Origin: the human T2T-CHM13v2.0 reference genome, Homo sapiens
Reading direction: 5' to 3' (one strand)
Length of the DNA stretch: 64,000 bases
NCBI RefSeq assembly: GCF_009914755.1
Contig: NC_060938.1
Shown here: piece by piece, positions 15,273 through 34,322 of the stretch
Layout: each line of letters starts with the position of its first letter
Numbering within the stretch: the stretch's first letter is position 1
Notes under the pieces: model-generated
The model's database searches: none
What the model saw: the letters and a program-made list of their open reading frames with translations, nothing else
What the model was told of the DNA's origin: nothing
Translations under genes and position numbers: made by a program

Positions 15273-15959
15273 CTGCCATCTCAGGCATTCATAACGAGGC
15301 AGCTTGAACCAAGGCTGGGGCCTCTTTCCCATGTTCCCATCCAGCTGGCCTTGCCGGTCTTGCCAGACTTGGAGCCCAGTGCAGAACATGAGTTCCCCGC
15401 CTCCACCCTCCCCACCCACATCTGCTTTTTTGGACTGAGGGTTCTTCTGACCAAACGAAAACACAAGCATGGTATGAAGAAGAGATGAAGAACCTGAGGA
15501 TGTTGATTTAGTCTAGAAAGGAGAAGACAGAGGGACCCACGAATGCAGCCTCAGGTATGAGAAAGTTACTCTCTTCCCATAGCCGAAGATTAACTAGGGC
15601 TGTTCTGGAAGGTTCCTGACCCAGAGTGGGTCAGACTCAAGAGATACATTTTAGCTTCATATGTAAACACAAACTTGACAAACTCAGAATGCAGTGGTTG
15701 TGCATGGAGAGCTTTCCCCATGCTCTGCCGGTCTCTGTGGTGACTACTGAAGCCCAAAGCCTCCGTGGAAGGGGCAGGTCCTGACACTTCCATAGACCCT
15801 GACCACCGAGTGGTGGATGGATGGGATGAGAGCCACCAGCTGACCTGGGGCCAGCCAGTCCTTTGGCTGACCAGTGACCAACCAGGTGCTTTCCCTTAAG
15901 AATTTGAACTAAGAGACATAGATTTGTCCATGGAGGGGCCGGGGAGGCGCTCTTGCAGG

Positions 15960-16342
15960 AGGTGATGCCATCAGTGCCCCATGCATGTCCCCTCCAGTCT
16001 CACCTCTGCACGCTAAAGGTGGCTTCGTGGCCATGCCAGTGTGTGCTCTATCAAGTTAATGACCCTAGAAGTAGCCCTTGCCATGATGAGCTGATTTAGT
16101 GGGTAAATGCCGGCTTCCTCATCCCTTGGTTGGGATAACTCTCTTTTCCAGAGTTTCCCGGCAGGATTGAGTTTCAGTTGTCCGTGGTGGTAATTCGTTT
16201 GATAATGTCTTTTTATTGATGTCCATCTTCCCTGTCTCACTTCCTCACTCCCTTACAAAGGGATTCCTTTCAAATAAACTACTTGCCTAAAAGGTTTTTT
16301 TTTTTTTTCAGGGTCTACCCCTGGAACAACTCAAACAAAGAT
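15960..16342 (+). mobile_element. LTR16-like ERVL LTR
   Basis: cctcatcccttggttgggataactc...aaataaactacttgc. Confidence 0.65.
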
Positions 16343-16655
16343 GGGATTGGATCTACTAGGTCATGTAGACTTGAGGCTGGTGACCATGTTGGGTCAGATA
16401 TTAGTGGGAAGGCAAGCCTGGAGAAAGATGGGGTGGAAGGAACCTGACTGTGAAGGTCCCCATGGCCTCTGAGAGACAAGGAGATAGAGGCCAGAAGTCA
16501 CCTGCGAAACAGAGGGAAGAACTCTGAGCCCACACACCCACAATCTCCTTGTCTTCTGCTACATGGCTTCTGTTCCTTGCAGTCAAAGCATCTTAACAAC
16601 AGTTAACTCTATAAAACTTACTATATGCCAGGCACTGTCTTAACCTCCATGCCAG

Positions 16656-16783
16656 CAGGGTAGCCAGATTTAGCAAACAAAAATCCAGAATGCCCAGTTA
16701 AACTTAGGACATAGTTATACTAAACAAAATATTTGTAATCTAAAATTCAAATGTAATGAATTTAAATTTAATCTGGCAACTCT
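16656..16783. mobile_element. MER53-like hAT MITE within a MIR
   Basis: Terminal inverted ends agggtagccagat ... atctggcaactct. Confidence 0.7.
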
Positions 16784-18273
16784 ACATAGTATCATATAAG
16801 GCATATTCTCTTATTGTTTTACAGCAGAGGAAACAGCAATTGAGTAACTTATCCAGGTTCACACAGCTGCTAAACAGTAGGGCTGGGCTGGGCCCCAGGC
16901 AGTCTGACTCCAGAACTTGGCCTCTGAGCTGCCTCTTCAGTACCTTTACTGGTCCCATATCAACCAACAGTGAGGTGAGCTGTCTCTCAAAGGAGTGAGT
17001 TTCTCATCACTTGTTTTTTGTGGCCAAGCAGTTGAGGAGCATCATGGGTTGGTGTTTGATTTCTACCTGGGAAATCTTTAAGGCAAGAGAGATGAATCTT
17101 AGTGTTGCCTTGGCAGAGGAGCAAATGGGAATTGCTGCTCTGCAGGGACCAGAGCTTGTCCGAGCAAAGGATGTGTGCGTTTTCCTATGAATCGGTTGTA
17201 AGCCATTGGTATGCAGCCACTGTCCCTAGTTTGCCCAGGATGGCTCCCGCTTAGGCGTGTCATCTTGTAGTTCCATCCGGTTCGCCATTTTACTTCCAAG
17301 CCAGGTGTATTATAATAATAGTTGCATTCAAGCAGACTGGATAGGTTTGGTAGACCACTTGATACTTCTAGCTCCACACCATGGCCTCATCTAGTTGTGT
17401 GGACCACATGTGAACCCTTTGCTCTGTGGTTAAATTCAGAAGCTTCCTAGCAACATCTCTCTTTGTTGCACAACATAACCAACACCTCTCTTGTAAGGAC
17501 AGCACACAGGGCGTTCCCAAATGACATGAGTGACTCGGTAAATCTAACTGCTGCCAGGCGTGCCTGGTGGGAGGAGAAAGGATCTGACGTGATGCTGCTG
17601 ACCTCATGGGCAGTTGGCATGCCAGCCGGTTGTGCCAATGGCCTGTACCAATAGCTTGGACTATGGCCTGCAAAATGCTCAAAGCCACCAGGCTGCCAGT
17701 TGATGGTGTCAGTGGGAAGATGGGAAATCGTAGATTAGATATGTATAAAATATGTGTGGGAAATTCAGGCTAAACAGTCCTACCTGGGGCGGGGGGTGCT
17801 ATATAGAGAGAAGACTGAGTGCTTTTGCTACAGTTGCATTGTCATTTATCACATGGTGCCACTCCCCTTATTCATTGTATTGTTTGTTGATGATTTTTAC
17901 ATTTTTCAATAAACCCTTCAGGCCACAACGAGCTCAAAAACATTTCCATGCGTATTTAGTAGAAACTCGAGTATCACATTTCTGTTTCTCAAGTAAGTTG
18001 ATAATGAACGTGACCTAGCACAAAGTGTTGATGTTTGCCAGCGCACCACAGTGGCTAAAGTCACCGACCATCTGAAAACCAGTTAGTCACAAATCTACCG
18101 CAGAAGCATCAACATCTAAGGTGAAAGACAGTGGCTGTTTGTAGGAGACAGTGCCCAGAGGAGATGATTTAACACGTGCAGTTACAGAAAAATACACTCA
18201 CACACCACTTTGCACACCGGGATTTTTTGTTTATATCAAATGGTTGTTCTTTAAAATTAATCTTGTTCATTTT

Positions 18274-19429
18274 GGGGGGAAAATATTTGAATAGACATTA
18301 CTCCAAAGAAGATATACAAATGGCCAATAAACGCACAAAAAAGATGCTCAACGTCTCTAATTTTTAGAGAAATGCAAATCAAAACCACAGTGAGATACAC
18401 CTCACACCTATCAGGATGGCTTTTATCAAAAAACAGAAAATAGCAAAAATAACAAGTGTTGAAGAGGATAGGGAGAAATTGAAAGCTTTGTGCATGATGA
18501 GTGGGAATGTAAAATGTTACAGCCAGTGTGGAAGTTCCTCAAAAAGATAAACCTAAAATTATCATGTGATCCAACAATTTCTCTTCTAGGTATAAGCCCA
18601 AAAGAATTGAAATCAGGAACTCAAATGGATACTGTACACCCATGTTCACAGCAGCATCATTCACAACAGACAAAGCGGAAGCAACCCAACTGTCCATCGA
18701 TGGATGAATGGATCAACAACATATGGGATATACAGAGAGTGATTGTTATTCAGCCTAAAAAAGGAAGGGAATTCTAACACATGCTACAACATGTACGAAC
18801 CTTGAGGGCATTATGCTGAGTGAAAAAAGCCAATAACAAGAGGACACATATTGTATGATTCCACTTATATAAGGTACCTAGAGCCGTCAAATTCATAGAA
18901 ACAGAAAGTAGAATGGTGGTTACCAAGGGCTGGGGTAAGGGAAATTGGGAGTTAGTGTTTAATGGGTACGGAGTTTTAGTCTGGGATGATAAATAAGTTC
19001 TGGAGGTGAATAAAGGTGATGGTTTCATAACAATGTGAATGTACTTAACGCAACGAACCATAGTACACTTGAAAATGGCTACAGTGAGGCCAGGCGTGGT
19101 GGCTCACGCTTGTAATCCCAGCACTTTGGGAGACCGAGGCGGGTGGATCACCTGAGGTCGGGAGTTTGAGACTAGCTTGACCAACATGCAGAAACCCCGT
19201 CTCTACTAAAAATACAAAATTAGTCAGGTGTGGTGGGGCATGTTTGTAATCCCAGCTACTTGGGAGGCTGAGGCAGGAGAATCGCTTGAACCCTGGAGGC
19301 AGAGGTTGTGATGAGCTGAGATCATGCATTGCACTCTGGCCTGGGCAACAAGAGTGAAACTCCGTCTAAAAAAAAAAAAAAGGCTACAATGGCAAATTTT
19401 ATGGTATGTGTATTTTATCACAATAAAAA
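18274..19429 (+). mobile_element. L1MB-type 3' fragment
   Basis: ORF2 end and 3'UTR; 21-bp TSD aaaat(t/c)aatcttgttcatttt at 18253 and 19430. Confidence 0.88.
19088..19381 (+). mobile_element. AluS (Sp/Sq-like)
   Basis: Dimer; TSD ggctaca(g/a)tg. Confidence 0.95.
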
Positions 19430-20386
19430 AAAATCAATCTTGTTCATTTTATATTCCAAGTTTTCTTGTAGATGTACAAAGAGAAGTGGTCAACTTAATG
19501 TGTTGGTTTCATTGGCCGAACAACTTTGCACACAGATAAATGACGCTAATTTGTCATTGATGTTATCCGATGTTCCAAGTATAAGCTAACTTTCATAAGG
19601 GTTTGATATTTTTCAGCCAACTCACAGAACCAAAATAAAGCTTTGGGAAGTTCACTTTGTCAAAGATGAAACGTTCAAAATAAATGTAAACACTATTTTA
19701 AATTTAGTTAAAATGTTCAGCCTTGAAGATAAGATTGTTTTTGTGGTCTTAATACAAATACATATTTTGCCAAATCACAGCTTCATGATAAAAACAGCGT
19801 TTTGCTAAATTTAACTACCAAGTAGCAATGACCTTGGAATTGGTTGTAATGAACATGTAATTTCTATTTTATTCAAACCAGCTGTGATAATCTACCAAGT
19901 GAAATACAAGCTGCAGTTGTTAAATGTTACAAATATTTTTATACCTACTCAGAGTAACTATGATTAAGCTGAAGTAGTATTTAAAAAAAAAACAACTTTG
20001 GCAACATAGTATATGTTTTTTCCTTTGCTGCAAGTCATTAAACAGATTTTAGAAATGTTTCAGCTTTTGCAGAAGTACTTTGTTAATCAGCCCAACAGCT
20101 TTCTGATGATACCAAACTTTTTTTTTTTTTTTACATTTTGGTTAAAAATACATATATTTTGGTTAAAAATCATTTGGAAATATTTAATCAAAGTACTCAG
20201 TGGATGGCGCACTAAAATAAAACATCATATTTTAAAACTTTTAGCACATTGCAAGGATTGAAAACAAAGCTTGCAAGAAGAAATGGAGACTTATCCCCCA
20301 AAAAGCAAGAAAGGAACTGGACAAATTGAAGGGTGAGAACATCCGTAGTATAATCCACTATTGTGCTTTAGCAAATTGTAACTTGA

Positions 20387-21682
20387 AAAGGTGCTCAACA
20401 TCATTGATCATTAGAGAAATGCCAATCAAAACTACAATGAAGTATCATCTCACCCCAGTTAAAATGGCTTCTATCCAAAAGACAGGCAATAACAAATGCT
20501 GGCGAGGATGCAGAGAAAAGGGAACCCTCGTACACTGTTGGTGGGAATGTAAATTAGTGCAACCACTGTGGAGAACGGTTTGGAGTTTCTTCAAAAAACT
20601 AAAAATAGAGCTACCATATAATCCAGCAACCCCACTGCTGTGTAGGTACCCAAAAGAAAGGAAATCAGAATATTGAAGAGATATTTGCATTTCCATGTTT
20701 TTTCCAGCACTATTTACAATAGCCAAGATTTGGAAGCAACCTAGGTGTCCATCAACAGATAAATGGAAAAAGAAAATGTGGAACATATATTCAAGGGAGT
20801 ATTATTCAGCCATAAAAAAGAATGAGATCTTGTCATTTGCAACAACATGAATGGAACTGGAGATCATTATGTTAAGTGAAATAAGCCAGGCACAGAAAGA
20901 CAAACATCACATCATGTTCCCACTTATATGTGGGATCTAAAAATCAAAACAATTAAACTCATGGAGATAGGGAGTAGAAGGATGTAACTGAGGCTGAGAA
21001 GGGTAGTGGGGGAAGGGGGTAGGAAGAAGGTGGGGATGGTTAATGGGTACAAAAAAATAGAATGAATAAGACCTAGTATTTGATAGCACAATAGGGTGAC
21101 TATAGTCAATAAAAATTTAATTATACGTGTTAAAATAACAAAAGAGCTGGCCAGGCATGGTGGCTCATGCCTGTAATCCCAGCGCTTTGGGAATCCCAGC
21201 ACTTTGGGAAGCCCAGTTTTGTACCCATTAACTTGAGATTTGGAGTTCACCTGAGGTTAGGAGTTCAAGACCAGCCTGGCCAACATGGTGAAACCCTGTC
21301 TCTACTACAAATACAAAAATTAGCCATGTGTGCCTGTAATCCCAGCTACCTGGGAGGCTGAGGCAGAGAATTGCTGGAACCCAGGAGGCAGAGGCTGCAA
21401 TGAGCTGAGACTGCACCACTGCACTCAAGCCTGGGTGACAGAGGGAGACTGTCTCAATAAATAAATAAATAAATAAATAAATAAAGAGCGTAATAGGATT
21501 GTCTTTAACACAGACATTCTCCATTATGTGATTATTACACATTGCATGCCTGTATCAAAACATCTCATGTACCCCATAAATATATATACCTCCTATGTAC
21601 CTGCAGAAATTAAAAATGAAAAAAACACAAATTTTTAGATGTCAAATTAATAAAGGCAGAGTAAGAAGTTTTTTAAAAAAGA
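20387..21682 (+). mobile_element. L1MA-type 3' fragment with probable 3' transduction
   Basis: ORF 20326..20676 carries the ORF2 C-terminus ([13 protein letters not shown]); TSD aaat(tg/ct)taacttga at 20373-20386 and 21683-21696. Confidence 0.85.
21149..21485 (+). mobile_element. AluS with rearranged left arm, (TAAA)n tail
   Basis: Dimer; TSD aaaagagc; extra sequence at 21192-21246. Confidence 0.92.
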
Positions 21683-21734
21683 AAATCTTAACTTGAGGGG
21701 AGAGGGGAGAATCTTTTAATAGAGCTTCTTCTTC

Positions 21735-22056
<322 letters not shown>

Positions 22057-22371
22057 TAAATTTATATTATGTACCAGAATGGAATAAAATTAAGAAAGGC
22101 CTACAATTTAAATTCGGCAAAACATTAAAATACTCATGAACAGAAATCTCTTATTTGATGCTTTTTCATCTTGTAACAACGTTTATCATAGAAAGGTATT
22201 CTGAAAGAATACAAAAAGACCCTGGGAAAATATTTGGGCTGAAATACATATACATTTCAATATGAGATAAATAAGAAATGAGAAAATCTTTCATTTAGCA
22301 GAATTTCCTTTAAGCTCACCAGGCACTTCAGCACCAGTAAATAATATTTTTTCTCAATTAAAAATATCATA

Positions 22372-22650
22372 GGCCAGCTGTGGTGGGTTTCACCTGTAAT
22401 CCTAGCACTTTGGGAGGCTGAGGTGGGTGGATCATCTGAGGTCAGGAGTCCGAGACCAGCCTGGCCAACATAGTGAAACCCCATCTCTACTAAAAATAAA
22501 AAAATTAGCTTGGCGTGGTGGCGCACACCTGTAATCCCAGCTTCTCAGGAGGCTGAGGCAGGAGAATCACTTGAACCCAGGAGATGGAGGTTGTGGTGAG
22601 CCAAGATCGCACCACTGCACTCCACCCTAGGTGAACAAAGTGAGACTCTG
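22372..22650 (+). mobile_element. AluS lacking its A tail
   Basis: Dimer ends gtgagactctg and abuts an antisense Alu piece. Confidence 0.92.
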
Positions 22651-23068
<418 letters not shown>

Positions 23069-23701
23069 TGAATAGAATGATTTCATAGGTCCATTAATGT
23101 GATAAAACCAATTTGTTTGTCTCTAAATACTTCTATGTAATTTCAATTATGTTTAGGGTCTCCTACTCCCATGGCAGAGCGATAAGTCTGTAGAGTTTAA
23201 AATCCTGCTCAAGAAGGCTATTTGGAGGGGCCATGGGATGTTCCGGAGACTGTGTGAAGTCCGTGGGCAGCAGGAAAAAGGGGAAAATGCATTGCCCACC
23301 TCAAGATGTTTGCAACGGCAGGGCCGCAGTGGGAGTTGCCAAAGAACACGAGGCCGACGTTGGGGAAAGGTTGTCAAATTCCATCAGACTCAGAGAGCTT
23401 AGAGCCACTTTACTACAGTACCAATCAAGTGCAAATTTTCTTCCTCTTTCTCCCTGCTTTCCCTCCTCATGCTCCATCCCAGATGGGCCAGAAACCAGAA
23501 ACAGAAGTGAGCAAACCAGGGAGGAAAAAGGAGGGAGAGAAGGACACTGTCTGCTGTCCCCAAGGGGGGTGATCTTCCTGCAGGTGGCTGTGGCAAGAGC
23601 AGGGGCAGAAGGCTCATCTGTGAGTCAAGACTTAAGTGTGGATTGGACTGGAGATTTGATTTTCTGAGTGGAGACCATGTTTGCAAACAAAGCTAGCTTC
23701 A

Positions 23702-23996
<295 letters not shown>

Positions 23997-24044
23997 CTAG
24001 GACTTTTTAAAACCAAAGAGTAAACCAAAATCAAAGGGCTAATT

Positions 24045-24403
24045 AACAGGAATGAAGTACTGATCCATGCTACAATGTGGATGGACCTTAATAATAATAT
24101 TGTCCTAAGTGAAAGAGGCCAGACACAAGGCCACATAGTGTATGGGTTCATTGATATGAAACATCGGAAGAAGTTAATTCATAGGGACAGAAAGCAGACT
24201 CATGGTTGCCAGGGCCTGGGGGACGGGGTAAGGGGACCACTAGTGGGTACATGGTTTCCTTCCAGGATGATGTAAATGTCTTGGAACTAGACAGAGCTGG
24301 TGGTTGTATATCACTGGGAATGTCCTAACTGTCCCTGCATTGTACCCTTGCAATCGTCAATGTTTAATTTTATGTCATGTAAATTTTTTCTGAATTAAAA
24401 AAA
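24045..24403 (+). mobile_element. L1MB-type 3'UTR fragment
   Basis: aggaatgaagtactgatccatgctacaa...aagtgaaagaggccagacacaa. Confidence 0.8.
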
Positions 24404-25449
24404 CAAAACCAAAGGCTGCCCCAAATGTTCATCCAAGTATAGGAGAAGATGCTCCCTATAGGCAAGATTAAAGGACAGTGCCAGACAAAAAGTTGTAAGG
24501 AGAGTACCCCATACACTCTGCATCTAGCATACATTACTACATAGAGCTACATGCATAAAACCACATCAACTGTACTCTCTGGAGATTTAAAGAATTTCCA
24601 AGGGCAAATCTGGACTCTACTGGAATTTCACCTAATATGCTGACTTCAGAAAAGTAACTTTATATCCTCTGAGCAGCAGTGAGGCATTAGGCAGGCGGTG
24701 GCAAGACAGAAACTCCGAGAGTGTGTCTCCCTGTGAGCTAGGTCTCATTAGTAGGAGAGTTCTAGACTGGGGTAAAGTTCTGCAAAACTGTTGCTGCGGA
24801 CCCTGGGCCACTTTGGACCCAGAACCAGCCAGACCTCCCTGAAGTTCCTCCTGAGACCCAGCTCTTTGCTTTGTACTGAGTTCTCCTTCCTGTGAATCCT
24901 GGCCATAAATCCCCAAATTCCTACAGGGGTTCTGTGCCTAGCAACCAAAGTCGCTGGACGGCATAGTCTAAGAAGCCTGCTGACTTGGAAGAAAGCCCTT
25001 GCTCCAGAAGAGAAGTGACTGGCAGCTGGCAGACATCCTGGGTATCTGCACTGGCTGTTGTATGCCCAAGAGAAGATATGCAGACTGTTTTAAAAACTGG
25101 CAGGCAGATGCTAAGTTTTAAGCTTACAAATGTGCATCAAAATAGGAAAGGATTAAACCAGAGAAGCAGGGAAATAATTAGGATCCAAACTCTACTACTA
25201 ACTTAGATGAAGAAATCACCTCTTCATGCCTCAGTTTTCCCTTCTGTAAAGTGGGAATCCTTTTGATTTCACCACATGGTTAGTGATGTAACATGTATAA
25301 AATGTGAAAAATGATCTATCATGTATCATTTATAAAATGACACACATACATATGGAATGGCATTGAAAAGTACAAAGTGTAAATATAAAATGCAAGAGTT
25401 TTACCCAGGTAGATTTATGCAGGAGCTTATTCAGAAATACACCTACCTT

Positions 25450-25771
<322 letters not shown>

Positions 25772-26210
25772 GCCTACCTGGTGGCAAGACAGGGCTGTCA
25801 GTGTTTTGGGATAAGGGGGCCAGCAGATGGATCTATAGTCAGGCTTGATTAATTTACACAGGACTTGCACATCTGTCTGGGATGCATACAGATCCCATGT
25901 TCTGAATTTGTCAAGACCAAATTAGCTAGAATGGTAAGCCTAAATGAGAAAAATTAATCATCAGCCCCTCATTATGGTTGCTTTTGCTTTTCAGCATTAA
26001 TAGACACTAGGATTACAAATAATACAACATATGCAATTTTTAAGTTGGGTATTAATTAGTGCAAAGAACAAGTTTGGGGGTATTTCTTCTTTCTTTACCA
26101 AGCTAGGAAGGTGAAGGATTTCTATGGCAGTTTGCTGATTTCGAATTGAGAGTTTGACCTTTATGTTCCATTCTGTACCACTCAAGATGACATTCAATTC
26201 AACTCAGTAG

Positions 26211-26620
26211 TGTTAAAGCAAACTAAATACGGCCTGAGAATGACTCAGTACTTCTATATTTGTGAATGAACTGTAACCTAGCTTAATAGTCATACATAAT
26301 TGAAAACCTAACTTAATAGTATGCATCTGTAACGATAGCCAAGTGTTAGCCAATCCCAGCGGCCATACTTCAAACACTCATAGACTGCTGAGTGTTCAAA
26401 CTGCCTTCATATAAGGCAAATGCTGAGCTGTAACCAGTCTCGCTGTTTCTGTACCTCACTTCCGATTCTCGTATGTCACTTTACCTTTTTTGTCTATAAA
26501 TTTGTTCTGACCCCAAGGCAACCCTGGAGTCTCTGTGAATCTGCTGTGATTCTGGGGGCTGCCCGATTCATGAATGAGTCATTGCTCAATTACACTCCTT
26601 TAAATTTAATTCAGCTATCA
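26211..26620 (+). mobile_element. MER57A-like ERV1 solo LTR
   Basis: tgttaaagcaaactaaatacggcctgagaa start, CCAAT/TATA region; 4-bp TSD gtag both sides. Confidence 0.8.
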
Positions 26621-27784
26621 GTAGATAATGAGTTTCTACTCATTATCCCCAGCCCTGGGGATCTCGCACTGGGAACAGCGAGGTGAATGAGACAGTTTAC
26701 CTAAACTTCAGGTTGCATGCCGGCTCTTGGAGATAATCCCAGACTTAGCCCTGGAGTTTGAAGAAGGTGGATAATCCAGACCTGCAACAGACATACTTAC
26801 CATGCTCCACCATGTATTCCGGCCAAGGATTTTCATGGAGTTAGCACTAACAGAGGTAGACACCCAAGCTGGAAACTGTTTCTTTGAGTAGCTACAAAAC
26901 TCCTTGTGTCCCTTAAGGATATCCCGAATTGAGAGTCTGGTATTTAAACTGACAGTCACTCATCTCATTGAAGGGCAGACATCTGAAATTAGAATGCAGA
27001 AAGATCAGGAAAGCAGAAGATGACATTTTGCATGCTTTCAGGAGTCCAGGCAGTGTGTTTTAAGTCGCTACACTCATCTGCATGATAGTTAAAGGAGTTT
27101 TGTTTGTTTTTTAAACAACCACCCAAACTCCAAACCAATTTTCAGCCTGAGTACTCCCCATGAGTTTGCTCCAAATACTAAACAGATGGGCTCTGAGTTG
27201 AGTTTTCCTGAAGCTATGCCTTGTCCAGCTCAGAAATACAATAAGCAAGACTCACCCAAAAGTCTAAGAACATTGATTAAAAAAAATTTCCCCCAAGGAC
27301 CACAAAATACCTGCCCTGATTTGCCTGCAAATTGCGGTGTTCTTCAGGGGCTTCCAGTTTCCTCTTGGCTAAATAAGAGACCAGCCAAACCCAGAGATTC
27401 TCAGGTGTTTGTTTCCCAAACAGTTCTGGTCAGCACAGGCTGAAAAAGGCTGAGGATTCAATTTTGCTATTTGGTGAAGGAAACGAGGGAACATCCTCTT
27501 ATGTTGTGTCAAGTACTGAGAGGAATCAAATTTTAGAGCTGGATGACACCTTAGACGCAGTCCAATGACCCCTCTTTATTTTTTATTGTGGTAAAATATA
27601 CATAACATACAACTTAGCATTTTAGCCATTTTAACTGCACAGTTCAGTGGCATTAAGTACATTCACATTGTTGTGCAATCATCACCACCCTCCATCTCCA
27701 GAACTCTCTTCATCTTCCCAAACTAAAACTCTGTACTCATTAAACACTCACTCCCAACTCCCTCTGCCAGCACCTAGTAACCTT

Positions 27785-28149
27785 CCTTCTTTCCTTCTTT
27801 CTTTCCCTCTTTCTTTCTTTTCTCTTTCTTTTTCTTTCTTCTCTTTCTCTTTCTTTCTCCTCTTTCTTTCTTTCTCTTTCTTTCTTTCCTCTTTTCCTTT
27901 CTTTCTTTCCCTCCCTCCCTACCTTCTTTCTTTCTTTTCTCTTTCTTTTTCTTTCTTCTCTTTCTCTTTCTTTCTTTCTCTTTCTTTCTTTCTTCTTTTC
28001 CTTTCTTTCTTTCCCTCCCTCCCTACCTTCTTTCTTTCTTTTCTCTTTCTTTCTCTTTCTTTTTCTTTCTTCTCTTTCTCTTTCTTTTTCTTTCTTCTCT
28101 TTCTCTTTCTTTTTCTTTCTTCTCTTTCTCTTTCTCCTCTTTCTTTCTT

Positions 28150-28180
<31 letters not shown>

Positions 28181-28359
28181 CCTCTTTTCCTTTCTTTCTT
28201 TCCCTCCCTCCCTACCTTCTTTCTTTCTTTCTTTCTTTTCTCTTTCTGTCTCTCTCTTTTTTCTCTTTCTTTTTCTTTCTTCTCTTTCTTTCTTTCTCCT
28301 CTTTCTTTCTTTCTCTCTCTTTCTTTCCTCTTTTCCTTTCTTTCTTTCCCTCCCTCCCT

Positions 28360-28391
<32 letters not shown>

Positions 28392-28440
28392 TTTCTTTAT
28401 TTCTTTTCTCTCTCTCTCTCTCTTTCCTTCTTTCTTTCTT
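27785..28440. repeat. ~655-bp (TTTC/TC/TCC) polypyrimidine tract, expanded AluJ tail
   Basis: Almost purine-free; abuts the 3' end of the antisense AluJ. Confidence 0.97.
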
Positions 28441-28722
28441 CAGACAGGGTCTCATTCTGTTGCCCAGTCTGGAGTGCACTGATGCAATCATGGCTCACTG
28501 TAGCCTTGACCTCCTGGGCTAAAGCGACTCTCACACCTCAGCCTCCTGAGTAGCTGGGACTACAGGTGTGCATTACCATGCCCAGCTAATTTTTACAGTT
28601 TTTGTAGACACGAAGTCTTGCTATGTTGCCCAGGCTGGTCTCAAACTCCTGGGCTCAAGTGATCCTCTTGCCTCAGCCTCTCAAAGTGCTGGTATTATAG
28701 GCATAAGCCACCATGCCTGGCC
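28441..28722 (-). mobile_element. AluJ
   Basis: AluJ-type text (cagggtctc, atcatggctcactgtagcc, ctcctgggctcaag). Confidence 0.92.
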
Positions 28723-28864
28723 CAATCTACTTTCTGTCTCTATGAATTAGACTACTACTCACTTATATAGGTACCTTACATAAGTGAAATCATACAGTAT
28801 TTCTCCTTTTGCGACTGGCTTATTTCAGTCAGCATAATGTCCTCAAGGTTCATCCATGTTGTAG

Positions 28865-29182
<318 letters not shown>

Positions 29183-29411
29183 AAATTTCCTTCCTTTTCT
29201 TTTTTGATTATACTTCAAGTTCTAGGGTATATGTGCACAATATGCAGGTTTGTTACATATGTATACATGTGCCATGTTGAGTGTGCTGCACCCATTAACT
29301 CATCATTTACATTAGGTATATCTCCTAATGCTATCCCTCCCCCCTCCCCCCACCCCACAACAGGCCCCGGTGTGTGATGTTCCCCACCCTGTGTCCAAGT
29401 GTTCTCATTGT

Positions 29412-33234
<3,823 letters not shown>

Positions 33235-33297
33235 TATGATGTTAGCTGGTTATTTTGCTCATTAGTTGATGCAGTTTTTTCCTAGCATTGATGGTCT

Positions 33298-34322
33298 TTA
33301 CAATTTGGCATGTTTTTGCAGTGGCTGGTACTGATTGTTCCTTTCCATGTTTAGTGCTTCCTTCAGGAGCTCTTGTAAGGCAGGCCTGGTGGTGACAAAA
33401 TCTCTCAGCATTTGCTTATCTGTAAAGTATTTTATTTCTCCTTCACTTACGAAGCTTAGTTTGGCTGGATATGAAATTCTGGGTTGAAAATTCTTTTCTT
33501 TAAGAGTGTTGAATATTGGCCCCCACTGTCTTCTGGCTTGTAGAATTTCTGCCAAGAGATCCACTGTTAGTCTGATGGGCTCCCCTTTGTGGGTAACCCA
33601 GCCTTTCTCTCTGGCTGCCCTTAACATTTTTTCCTTCATTTAAACTTTGGTGAATCTGACAATTATGTGTCTTGGAGTGGCTCTTCTCGAGGAGTATCTT
33701 TGTGGTGTTCTCTGTATTTCCTGAATTTGAATGTTGGCCTGCCTCGCTAGGTTGGGGAAGTTCTCCTGGATAATATCCTGCAGAGTGTTTTCCAACTTGT
33801 TCCATTCTCCCTGTCACTTTCAGGTACACCAATCAGACGTAGATTTGGTCTTTTCACATAGTCCCATATTTCTTGGAGGCTTTGTTCGTTTCTTTTTACT
33901 CTTTTTTCTCTAAACTTCTCTTCTCGCTTCATGTCATTCATTTGATCTTCAATCACTGATACCCTTTCTTCCACTTGATCAAATCGGCTACTGAAGCTTG
34001 TGTATGTGTCACGTAGTTCTTGTGCCATGGTTTTCAGCTCCATCAGGTCATTTAAGGTCTTCTCTACACTGTTTATTCTAGTTAGCCATTCGTCTAATCT
34101 TTTTTCAAGGTTTTTAGCTTCTTTGCGATGGGTTCGAACATCCTCCTTTAGCTTGGAGAAGTTTGTTATTACTGATCGTCTGAAGCCTTCTTCTCTCAGC
34201 TCGTCGAAGTCATTCTCTGTCCAGCTTTATTCCATTGCTGGCAAGGAGCTGCATTCCTTTGGAGGAGAAGAGGGACTCTGATTTTTAGAATTTTCAGCTT
34301 TTCTGGTCTGGTTTCTCCCCAC
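33298..34322 (-). pseudogene. L1 ORF1, disrupted
   Basis: Fragments EQSLQEIWDYVKRPNLRLIGVPE and FQPRISYPAKLSF in different frames; expected ATG reads GTG at 34320-34322. Confidence 0.92.

Noticed and set aside
27647-28522. 291-aa (+) and 190-aa (-) ORFs
   Set aside because: F/S/L or K/E/R translations of the pyrimidine tract; stop-free only because of composition
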